From Octopus vulgaris (lineage: Eukaryota), in assembly GCA_951406725.2 (NCBI GenBank), contig OX597824.1, forward strand, positions 45,508,001-45,572,000: DNA of 64,000 nt. The letters run 5' to 3'. A program made the translations under genes and the position numbers. The notes under the pieces were generated by a model, which was given only the letters and a program-made list of their open reading frames with translations, was not told the DNA's origin and made no database searches. Positions 27,773 to 39,900 of the stretch are shown in pieces (the first letter of the stretch is position 1; each line of letters starts with the position of its first letter).

Positions 27773-30700
27773 TCATTGAGATCTTCCACCTCATGTATAC
27801 GAAACACATGCTCATAAACTACAAATATTAATTACTGAAAAGCAAATGATTTCCTATCCATTACAAAAATGCATATTTAATGTGTGAAATTTAATCCGTA
27901 ATTCAGTAAATGGCTAATATTTTGATATTACACAGGCACTATTTCCCTGTACCTTTTGACCACATATGTAGATGAAGTACCAAAATATATTAAACATTGA
28001 GCCATAAAGGCAAAATAATTCTCCATGTTATACATTCTTGATCCATGTCATACTGATCACTATAGCATGAGAAGTGTGTGCAAGTGTTGTACATTTAACT
28101 ATGGTGATTGTGTGAACTTTCAGAAACATTTTATTTTGTGAAAACATAAGATTGTATTAATAAGTATATATTCTACATAAAAATACAGTTGTATGCATCC
28201 ACTATGTTGTATATGCATGCTTACATATGTTGGTATTCAGAAGCCATTTAACATTTTTTTAAATGCAAGATGGACTCAGTAGTGGTGATGCCATGAAAAA
28301 AAGCACCCAGTAACCCAATACACACTATAAATTGGTTGACTTTAACTGCACCAAACAGACATTGAAGCATGATGCAGTCCTCTGGCTTGTCAGATTCTGC
28401 CAATCTATCCATTCCATGCCAGAATGGAGAACAGACATTAAATGATGATGATGTGTATATATATATATATATATATATATTTACATATAAGTAAAAAATT
28501 TGCTGTCAAAAATGTGGATTAAAAATTATTATGCAAACATACGAATGTGTGCACACATATATATATCTCTTTTCTCACCATACATATGCCAAAGATAACA
28601 GGGTTACACAATTTTTAATGAAACAAGGTCACATAAGTAACCATAAGGTCAGAATAAGGATGTGGGCAATCAACCCTTGTAATAACAAACAATAAGGTTA
28701 GCTATGAAATACACACAGTATGAAAAAAAAAAACTGTCTCCCATTTAGATGAAAAGGAAGGAGGGAGGGGAGGAGGATATTTGTAAATAACTGTGAGAAT
28801 GAAGAAATAATTTTATAAATCAGTGGGTGGGAAATAGCTATGACAATACACAAGTGTTTTTAACTATTTTCCTCAATGATGGAATCTATACCAAAATACC
28901 ATCTTGGTTGTTTCAGAAATTTTTAGTTATTAATATTCCAAAAACACTGAGTTATGCTAATGAATTATTCCAATAAATTTTAGAATCTTGTTGCATCAAT
29001 AGATGTAGTATCAGTAGAAGTCCCTTTCAAAAAATATTGCCACAAAATCTGGCTTGGTTAGATTTTGAAGTATATAAAGTTTGGTGTGTTCACTATCCTG
29101 AATTCAAAACCTGTCAGGTAAAGTCAACTTTGCCTTTAAATACTTTGGACTCTATAGACCTTAAATCAATAGGCTTCTTTCTTTTCTTTTCTTTTTGCAG
29201 TGAAATATATACATCTGCTGGGTGGAGAATCGTGTATTTATTCGTTCTTTTATAATTGTTCAGACTGAGCTATGATCTCATCATAAAATAGATTTTGTTT
29301 TCATTATGCTGAGAAGGAAAAGGGCAAAGCAGTACATACAGCCTTATCAGGCCTTCCATGACTTGGGGATTGGTAGTAACCTGGAGAAGTTAGTACAGTT
29401 AACGAGTCTGGTGTTGCTGAACAGCAAGGAGCAGTAGGAGAAGGCAGTACCTTGGAAATTGCATACAAGCAAAATATGTAGAAGAGACCATTGTGAGCTT
29501 TATGACAGATCAAAGGTTGTAGAGAATTATCCACTAGGATAGCCAGCCTTTCCTTCACTATACTTAACATCTTAAGTGTGCACCCTTTCACATATGTAAG
29601 CATTACTACATAGGGCGTATTAAGTTTGGTTTTAAAATGGAAAACAAATCTCTATGCAGTCTTGTCTTTAAATGTAAGAACAGACATTGAGTATTCCCAA
29701 TCAGTTTTACTTGTGCAGACCTATGGCACCAATTAAATAATAGAAAGAATGTACAAGTCTTGTTTGACAGCTATACCAGATGTCACTTTGACATGAAACA
29801 ATATAGCAGTTGGCAACATGAAATCAGTCTTGCTGAACAGTTTGGTCAATGATTGTTCTAGAATTTGTTGACTTGTAATATGTAGCAACTAGTTTGATGT
29901 TGAGAAGCAAATCTCAAATTGGTGGATATTTACAAAGTCAGGAGATACTGAACATAAAAAATTTTGCGTTTAGAGTATATATGGCCAGAGAGGGGAAATT
30001 TCATGAAGTCTCTAGTTGGAAGTTGAATTCTCTGCCTTTAGGTAGCTAAATTTTCTATTTCTGCAAAGCAACCTCTACAAGAAATTGCTCCAGTTTGTTT
30101 CATCTGAACATACTGACACTACAACAATTTTAGTCAGATAGTTACAAGATTTAAGGTTGAGAGTATGGATGATGGACTGCTTCACATGTAGCTTAGAGTT
30201 CTTTGTATGAAACATGTAGAACCAATTGAACCTGTAATTCCTCAAGTGAAATATGTAATGAGAAAGCAGACATTTTCTGTCAGTGTGTGAGTCACTCTCA
30301 AAGCAATCAATTTACCACTTCAGTATTGCAGTTCTCAGTAAGAGCTCATGTGGGCATTCCAACAACATGAACAGCCAAGATAAAATCAGAACTATAGTGG
30401 TTATAAATAATAACATGAGACTATGGAACAAGCAAAGCATATAAGCAATAAGCCAAATATTTAGTTGTTTCTTTTGTCATTAACTGATCATGCTAAGGAA
30501 AAATAATTTGACATGCCTCTTGTTAAATGCTTTGCAAGTGACCACCAAAAATAGACAAGTCTATTGGAATATTGACCAAAATGTAGTGAAAGAACAATAG
30601 ACAGACAAAAGTTTGCAAATTATACCTCAGGGATGTTAAAGACAAATTAATTGCTGTCTGGTTGCTTATAATATATTCAAATGTCCATTATCGATAATGA

Positions 30701-33470
30701 AATGAAAAATTAGCTCATTATACTAAGAAAAGAGTAACAATATTTTATTAAAATCATTTGAAATATTTTGATGGACACCCTACCAACTCTTCACAATTCA
30801 CACCTGTTAGAAATACAATATGATTGATACAGAATCCTTCATTAAATATTTCTATAATAATGGTGAAAATATATGAGTCAAAGATTGTCATAGGTTAAGT
30901 AAAATATAATTGTATGGGCTATTTAATAACATAGGTAGCTTCTATTAACTATAAGCTCTTAATTTAAGACAAAAGAGAAAATGACAACATCCTTAGAACA
31001 TCAAATGGAGTATCTCTCTCTCTCTCACATACACACACTCAAAAGGAGGTAAGTGGAAGGTTTCAGTATGGCCGTTACAAATTAAACTAACAATTCATAT
31101 AATAGTCATCAGATGGGATAACAAGAGATTAATTTCATTTAACATTTAAATGTTACATGCAAGTAACATAACTGAAGAGGAGCTCCAATGTTTATACAAT
31201 TCTTGGATAGAATAACAACAAAAGTGTCTACTATAAATCAAGTTAGTGTTAACATATTTAATGCAGTCAGCATCAAAAATCTCATTAGAAATACTTATGT
31301 GGTGAGGAAAATGCAACATTAGATCAATAATCAATGTTATTTTAATCATTTTGGCAAATATATTAGAGCTGATTTGATATTATTAGACCTCAGCCAAGTA
31401 TAGACTTCACTGGAGTCTGAGTAATTAACATCAGTGATATATTTAGTTTTCTTAATATGTTAATTTTTTTGCCTACTTATGTACACTATTGTACATCTAT
31501 TTAGTGATCTTTTTATCACAGCCTCAAGTGTAGAGAAGAAAATCTGTGCTTTGCTGAAAAGGTCTAACAAGATTGAAAAATGTTTAGTGTTAATATAATC
31601 TTATGTTACATTAATAGCTGATAGACTTTACACACAAGCCTTATTGAGGTTGACAAATCTACAGTCAGATGCCCTTTTTTGTCACCAAGTAAGGGTTTTC
31701 TATTTTACTGATCTTAACACACTGACACTAACAAAACTGTTGGACCACAGGATATACAGTTTCAGGGAGATATAAACGTATCTTCCTCATCACTAAAATG
31801 GTGTCAAAGCAAAGACACACACATGCACATGCACTTACATATGCAATGGGCCTTCATACAGTTTTCACATACCAATTTCACTAACGAGGCAGTAGTCATC
31901 CCAAGGCTGCAGTAGGAGACACATGCCTAAGATAACACACAATGGGATGAGATCATAAACCATGTTGCAGCCGTAGTTGCACCAATATATATGTAGATGG
32001 ATAAGCATATAATTTTGCTTAATAAAAACTGATGTGTATGTACTGTGGAAATACTAATCAAATTTTACACAATGATTACACCAAATACAATATATATATG
32101 TCTTAATAACAGTTTAACTAAACCCCACTTAACAATCCTTCATGGTTGAGTAGGATGCGCTCAAGCCTCTGATGAGATAGATGTGCTTACAAAACTAAGT
32201 CATGAAGATATTAAAAATATCTATAACCCCTAACAAATGTGTTGAGTGCTACCTTTTTTCCCCATGTTCACTTGTGTGTGTGTGTGTTTTTATTTATTTA
32301 TTTATTCCAAGATTGTAAAAATCATGTAGCAATAATCTTAAATTGACTTTAGTAGGAATAAAAAATTTTCAAACCGTAATCAATTGTCTCTTTATTAATG
32401 TATTAATTTTATAAAAAAAGGTAATTGAGATTACTGTCACAAATGAAAAGATAAAAAAATGGTAGAATGATAGAAATTTAAGACCTTAACTCCCTAACCA
32501 TTTCAACTTTCAACTAAATCCCACATAACTGAACACACAGTTGGAGTTAGCTTGAAGGTTTATTCATTAGCCACTAGTTAAATATAGTGATAATAGCAGT
32601 AGGGATGGAGTGTATGATCACGGTAGTGATTATGTAAAATTGACGATTATTACAAAGTACAGTGTAGGAGAGTGCCAATTCCAAAGTGAAATCAACTTCA
32701 GATGAGAAGTTTAATGTATAAAAACATTTAATATAAAACATTTAATATAAAAAATTAAAAAGAAACATTTGATGTAAGGCCAAACAAAATGGAGGTTACA
32801 TTTTACAGCTGTAATGGGATAGTCATATGACAAAAGAGTTAGGATGTACTGATGAGTATAAAACATAGTAATATTGGTGAATTTAGTAGTAGAGAGCTGA
32901 TGATGATGCAAGTGGTAAAACAGTAAATAGTTAAAGGTTGAATAGTTGGCACTAGTTATTAGCTACAATATATAATGATGACCTTTTTGGCTGAACAGAA
33001 CATTGTTAAGTTAAATTTGAAAGACATAATCCTTCAAAATAGATAGAAGTTAGTTTTTTAAAAAAATCTATTTTGAGGGAGTTAAAAATTTTGATCTCTA
33101 TTTAAACGTTTCATCTGTTCAGATAAATAATGAACAGCCTTAAAATGTCAGAAAGACTGCTGCTATAAAATAAACTTATTTCATAGCAATACTGCTATAA
33201 AATAACAAACTACAGTTTAATTTAAATCAATGAATAGTGATTGTTGTAATTGATTCTGGGAGGTCATTAAGTAGAAATCACAGGGTAACAAGTATTTGGT
33301 GTAGAATTTGAATAGATCAGAGGTGTTTGCAGGATGTTTGATAATTATAATAAGAATATATACAAGATCAATAGCAGCACTAAGTACAGTATAATACTAT
33401 TTGTATTAATGTTTGTATGGAAGAATTAATATAGTAACACAGAGAATAGGGAGCTAGAGTACATATTTAA

Positions 33471-33672
33471 CCCTTTAGCATTCAGATTACACTGTTAAAT
33501 GTAATGCGTATTTATTCACATTGTTTTGAATTAATCATGCATTATCTTGTAGCTTTAAGATTTTGATGATGTGACTTTATTTTTAGAATCACTTGGTAAG
33601 ATAGGTGTGAGAGACTGGATGTGATCAGTCTGAACATTAGATAAGTAGAATACTTATGGCTGATTTAAATGC
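33471..33672 (+). mobile_element. piggyBac-type MITE, family A (3' end degraded)
   Basis: TTAA|ccctttagcattcagattac followed by family A internal sequence. Confidence 0.75.
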
Positions 33673-33740
33673 ATAGTACTGTGCGCATAGTCAAGTTCAA
33701 ATATATCCAGGAATTATAACATAAGCATTACACTATGTAA

Positions 33741-33893
33741 GGCCGACCAAGAACCCGCTGGCTTGACACCATCAAGAGTGATACCGGAATGGACATAGCC
33801 AATCTGAAAGAAGCGGCCCAGGATAGAACTGACTGGAGGACACTAATCCAACGAGTAACCAAGAGTCGACTTCAACTGAGCGGATAGATAGAT
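33741..33893 (+). mobile_element. Short 3'-end fragment of a BovB-like RTE LINE (a different family from the main RTE)
   Basis: Open frame GRPRTRWLDTIKSDTGMDIANLKEAAQDRTDWRTLIQRVTKSRLQLSG* followed directly by a (GATA)n tail; resembles the BovB-type C-terminus WR..V..V.KSR.RLS*. Confidence 0.8.
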
Positions 33894-34477
33894 ATAAATT
33901 CAGCAAATGTATGATTAAAATATTTTTGACAATTAATTTGATCATTAGAGAAGAAACATTAAAATATTTATATCTAGATAATATTTTGCTAGGCTTCATC
34001 TCTAATTGTCATCAAAGATTCCTATTTTTAATCCAGTCTGGCACCATGTGCATACCTCAAAACACTTGATGTCAGTTGGAGTTCAAACAAATTAAAACAG
34101 TGTAGATGCAGATATTAAAAAAAAAAAACATTTTTAAATATAAAATAATAATAATAAAAAAAATATAATCTTAGTACTACCTTAAAGTAACAAACTGAGG
34201 AAAAGAAATCCTTCAAAGAGGTGTGTTAAACATCCAATTCACTGGTACTTCAGTTGGATACCATATAAATATTTGTATAATTCAATTATAAAGATAAATT
34301 AAATATAGAAATATTCAATTGACAATCCAATAATTTATTTACATTACAATATTACATTAAATACTATGAATATAATATATAACATAATATTATATAACAT
34401 AAATAGTTATAAAAACCATAAAAGGCCAACAAATTGTTTCAACATATATTTTGTCTGATATATATAATCACAGTTCC

Positions 34478-34517
<40 letters not shown>

Positions 34518-34520
<3 letters not shown>

Positions 34521-37249
34521 ACATCCTCATCAAGAAATTTGATGAGAGGGAGGAGGAGCTACAGACGTCGGACATAGAAGGTAGCTGGAAATTCCTATGG
34601 GACAGCTTGCTGAGTGCCACAGACCAAGTCTGTGGATGGTGCAAAATCCCTTCCAGACCTAGAGTTACGTGGTGGTGGAATAGTGCAGTAGACAAAGCCT
34701 TAGTGCAAAGAAACAGGCCTGGAGAGCCTGGAGGGATAGGGGTAGCAGGGAACCATACCAAGTAGCCAAAAGGGAGGCCGGGCGGCAGGTATACATAGCC
34801 AAAGATGTAGCAGAAAAGAAGAAGTTTGCCAATGTCCAGCGACGTGAGGGCCAAAGAACTGAGGTATTTCGGATTGCTAGACAGTGTGTGAGAGAAAATA
34901 GTGATGTTACAGGAGAGAAATGTGTCCGCATGGATGATGGAGCACTTGCTTTTAATGTTGGTGAAAAGAAAGAGGCTTGGAGAAGCCATTATGAAAGACT
35001 GCTGAATGTGGAGAATGAATGGGAGGAGGAGGGCCTGCCAAATGTTGACCCAGTAGAGGGATCACCTATCCAAATAGGCAGCTCCCTTGTAGTTAAGGCA
35101 ATTAAGGGTATGAAACCAGGTAAAGCCCCCGGCCCATCAGGTATCACTGCTGAGATGCTTAAAACAGCTGGTTGTGTGGGCTATGGCCTAGTCACCCGCA
35201 TTGTAAACCAGGTAGTTCATATTGGAGTCATACCCAATGACTGGTGTAGCAGCACCATAGTCAACTGCTACAAGGGTAAGGGTGATGCTCTGGATAGAAA
35301 TAACTACAGGGGTATTAAACTTTTGGATCAGGTGATGAAGGTCACAGAGAGGGTCATAACCCATCTCATTAGGGAGAGAATTTGCTTAGATGAGATGCAG
35401 TTCAGTTTTGTGCCGGGTAGAAGCACCACTGATGCTATATTCCTGGTCTGACAACTGCAGGAGAAGTACCTAGCTAAAGATAAACCCCTCTACATAGCTT
35501 TTGTGGACTTGGAGAAAGCCTTTGACAGGGTTCCCCGATCCCTTATCTGGTGGTCGATGCAGAAACTGGAGATTGACGAATGGCTAATAAGGACTGTACA
35601 GGCTCTATACAGAGAGGCTGTCAGCAAGGTTAGGATTGGCAACGAATATAGTGAAGAATTCCGGGTAGAAGTAGGTGTACACCAAGGCTCAGCCCTCAGT
35701 CCCCTTTTATTCATCATAGTCCTCCAGGCAATAACAGAGGAATTCAAAACAGGTTGCCCCTGGGAGCTCCTCTATGCTGATGACCTGGCTCTCATAGCAG
35801 AATCACTACCGGAACTAGAAAAGAAATTTCGGGTGTGGAAACAAGGGTTAGAATCAAAGGGCCTTAGAGTAAATGTAGCGAAGACCAAAGTTATAGTAAG
35901 CAGAAAGGCGAACTAAGCACACACCCCATCAGGCAGGTGGCCCTGCTCGATCTGTAGGAAAGGTGTAGGTAGAAACTCCATAAGATGCACCCAGTGTAAG
36001 CTATGGACGCATAAGAGGTGCAGCAACATCAAAAGGAAATTAACTGATAAGATAGCTTTCATGTGCGGCAGATGCACAGGGACAATAGACACCACAAATA
36101 CTCAGAAAACAGATTCCATCACACTCCAGGGGGAGAAACTAGAAGCAGTTGATAGTTTCCGCTACCTGGGTGACCAAGTTAGTAGTGGAGGTGGATACTC
36201 AGAGAGTGTCACCACTAGAATACGAATAGCCTGGGCAAAGTTCAGAAAGCTCCTACCCCTACCGACGACAAAGGGTCTCTCGCTCAGAGTGAAAGGTAGA
36301 TTGTATGATGCATGTGTGCGAACTGCCATGCTTCACGGCAGTGAAACATGGGCCGTGACTGCAGAGGACATGCGTAGACTTGAAAGAAATGAAGCTAGCA
36401 TGATCCGCTGGATGTGTAATGTCAGTGTGAATGCACGACAGAGTGTAAGCACCCTGAGAGAAATGCTAGACATAAGAAGCATCAGATGCGGTGTGCAAGA
36501 GCGACGCTTGCAATGGTATGGTCATGTACTGCGGATGGATGAGGTGAGATGTGTGAAGAAGTGCCGCTCCCAAACAGTTGAAGGAATCAGGGGGAGAGGT
36601 AGACCCAGGAAGATATGGGATGAGGTAGTCAAGCATGACCTCAGAGCGTTGGGCCTCACTGAGGCAATGGCGAAGGACCGAGATCTCTGGAGATGTGCTG
36701 TGACTACAAAGACCCGGGATGCTTCCGGCACCAGTTCCGCATAGCCCCTGCCCATTCAAAGTACCTTGGATCCCGGAACATCTCGCTGTGCTTCAGGAGA
36801 CCTGTTGAGTCAAGTGCATGTACATGAACATCGAAACAAATATCAATGGAAATAGTAGTTGTGATACCTGTGCCGGTGGCACATAAAAAGCATCATCCAA
36901 ACGTGGCCGTTGCCAGCGCCGCCTCGACTGGCTTCTGTGCCGGTGGCACATAAAAAGCACCATCCGAACGTGGCTGATGCCAGCGCCGGCTTGGCTGGCT
37001 TCCGTGCCGGTGGCATGTTAAAAGCACCAACCGATCATGGCCAATGCCAGACCCCCCTGGCACCTGTGCAGGTGGCATGTAAAAAGCACCCATTACACTC
37101 GCGGAGTGGTTGGCGTTAGGAAGGGCATCCAGCTGTAGAAACACTGCCAGATCAGACTGGAGCCTGGTGCAGCCCTGGCTTCCCAGACCCCGGTCGAACC
37201 GTCCAACCTGTGCTAGCGCGGAAAACGGACGTTAAATGATGATGATGAT
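34518..37249 (+). mobile_element. Young 5'-truncated RTE-clade LINE
   Basis: One frame from ~34703 to 36744 with only two in-frame stops (35449, 35914): GKAPGPSGI, NYRGIKLL, QFSFVPGRSTTDAIF, FVDLEKAFD, GVHQGSALSPLLF, LLYADDL, FRYLG, RLQWYGHV.RM, RGRGRP. Structured 3' UTR, (GAT)n tail, (TA)n on both sides. Confidence 0.95.
36870..37095 (+). repeat. Tandem array of four ~62-67-bp units in the RTE 3' UTR
   Basis: Units start at 36870, 36937, 37004 and 37066 with GTGC(C/A)GGTGGCA(C/T)..(T)AAAAGCA(C/T)C. Confidence 0.9.
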
Positions 37250-38694
37250 ATATATATATATATATATAGTCAATTCAGGGTCTTGACTTTAGAAAAAGAT
37301 GAAATTTTGTGTGAAAGGATGGCTGGATTGTAAAAATTTTATTGTTTTATGTTGTGATGACACGCAACTACCTTGGACATGAAAGGGTTTCAATTGGTAT
37401 GTGTTTGAGATGTAATAAAGTAAATTTCGATGGTTGTGGATTGCATTTACTTGATTGTATCATCCAATAAAATGTTTTTGTTGTTTTTTTAATTGTAATT
37501 GATGTATGATTGAATAGTTAACGCTCACGCTCATAACACAGACATTTGAATTAATTTTTTACAATTCAGCTGTCCTTTCACACGGAATTTAGTCTTTTTC
37601 TAAAGCCAAGACCCTGAAGTGACTATATATATAATGGAACTGTGATTATGTATATCAGAAAAACTATATAAAAGTCAAAACAATTTGTTGGCCTTTTATG
37701 GTTTTTATAATTATTTATGTAATATAATATGTTATGAAATAAGATTTAATGTAATATTGTAATATAAATAAAATTATTGGATTGTCAATTGAGTATCTCT
37801 ATATTTAATTTAATTATACTTTAGGGAAAATTAAAATAATTCAGGGAGAGGTTTCGATGCAGTTACTATTTATCAAATTCATTCACAAGGCATTGGTCAG
37901 TCTGAAGTTGTCGCCATCCAACCCAAGATAGCATGGAAAATAATGGATAGTAAATAAGTGAATGAATGGGTGTGTATGTGTTACTTGAATGTTTACTTTC
38001 TGCATGTTTTCACTTGACAACACTTCAGTGACAATGTCAGGTTTATGTCTAGCTTAGTGGTTTTGGTTTATGAAGGCCAGTGGAACAAAAATGTCTTGCA
38101 TGAAAAACAGGTAAGGGTTGGTGACAGGTAGTGCATCCAGCTGGCTTGTTCAAGTGATGCTAGCATGGAAAAATTAAATGTAATGATAATGATGAATGAT
38201 TTTGAGTTCAACTGGCTATCGACTTCTTGTTAGGCTCATTGCCATGTTTATCTAAATTTTATAATTTTTATTTAAAATTTCATTATCTGACAAGGAGATT
38301 TTGTTGTATTACTAGTTGAGTTGCAGCAATGCTGGGGCACTACCTTCAAGTGTGTTACTTGATTATACATATTTCAGTCTTGTGCTTGGCTAAATTACCT
38401 TTTGACAAAGATTTCCAGACTAATATTGAATTTACTATGACAGAAAAGACGAGATGGTTGTAGCTAAAAGGCCAGTCAAATAACATACTTGGTACATGAA
38501 TATGTATCACTTGTACAAATGCTTTCAGAGAACTACAGTGGCCATGAATTTCTCTGAAATGGCTTTAAAGCATCTGTAAATGGAAGTGTCTTACAAAGTC
38601 TACCACATACTACCACCAAATACCCACATTTACAAATAACCCAGAAAAATAAATTTACAGCAGGATAACAACAACACTGACAGCAAAATCATCA

Positions 38695-39105
38695 TCATCA
38701 TTTTGACATCCACTTTTCCATGTTTGCATGGGTCAGATGGATTTCATTGAGGCAGATTATTCTATGGCTAAGTGCCCTTCTTATTGCTAACCCTCACTTG
38801 TTTCCAAGTAAGGTAATATTTGCTCATGGCTAGATATGTTTTTGCAGAATATTGGAAATGAATGATATTGTTTATATGACAGTAACACCATTTACAACTC
38901 TCATGTGATGTCAAGAGGAGACACAAACAATTGTGCACGCATACACACACACGACGAACTTCTTTCAGTTTCCATCTATCAAACCTGCAAGGTCAACCTG
39001 AGGCTATAGTTGAAGACATTTGCCCAAGATGCTCTGCAGTGGAACTGAATCTGAAACCATGAAGTTGAGAAGCAAACTTCTTATCTACACAGCCATGCCT
39101 GCACC
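38695..39105 (-). mobile_element. tRNA-headed SINE with RTE-like 3' tail
   Basis: Head ggtgcaggcatggctgtgtag..attcagttcc, short (TG)n, then gtgagggttagcaataagaagggcac...catgcaaacatggaaaagtggatgtcaaaatgatgatgatg. Confidence 0.75.
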
Positions 39106-39900
39106 AATAACAACAGAGATTAAAAACAGAAAATACCTTTCTATCTCCCTTGCAAATGTCACAGGTCCACATAAAGTGCATTTAAAAATGAATGCTTTGC
39201 ACACCAACATGTTCCAAATGTGACAAAAAAACAAACAAAAAAAACTCCTAAAACATATGCAACACAACACTAAAATATTAAAAATACCTTTTTGACACAA
39301 AAATATTTTATCATGACATTCAGGTAGCACTTCAGGAAACATTGCTGCTACCAAAACATTGAGTTTTTCAAATTATACAGGACAGGTTCTTTTAAACCAG
39401 AAGTGGTCTTATGACATAGATACACCATCACCTCACCAAGTGTCCCACTAGGATGCACATTCCTACTGGAGCACTAATGCTTTCACATACAGTATCACTA
39501 AGAGAGACTTCAATGTACTTAATACCTCCAGGTGTTCAAATAATACTAATCACAAAAGAAGTAACAAACTCCCTTTACATTCTAAACAATCCACACTGAC
39601 ACACACACCTCAGTGAGGCAACTGTAGTAACTTTTCCCTAGACATCTCCTTCTGAGCAACACACCTACTGACTACACCCACTTGGTACACCAATCCCCAT
39701 AACATCTATTTATCATCATCATAATACACTTATACAAACTTTAAAAAAGTACAGTGGACTGTGATCTAACAAAAAATAGAAATCAAGATTTTTCAGAATT
39801 CAATATCACCATATCATCAACACTGCATTAGGTATATTCAACAAGAAAACTAGCAAACAGAGTCCAACATAAACCACAAAACTAACTGTAAAACACTGTA

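Larger units (their letters stand above)
34296..37815. repeat. Long inverted repeat (~270-bp arms); left arm split by an RTE insertion
   Basis: Left arm = 34296-34490 plus 37262-37340; right arm = 37552-37815. For example tataaaaaccataaaaggccaacaaattgttt versus aaacaatttgttggccttttatggtttttata, and tcagggtcttgactttagaaaaaga versus tctttttctaaagccaagaccctga. Confidence 0.9.

Noticed and set aside
36870-37095. CRISPR-like appearance (palindromic repeat plus variable intervening sequence)
   Set aside because: The intervening segments are homologous to each other, the array is a fixed part of a LINE 3' UTR, there are no cas genes and the context is eukaryotic.
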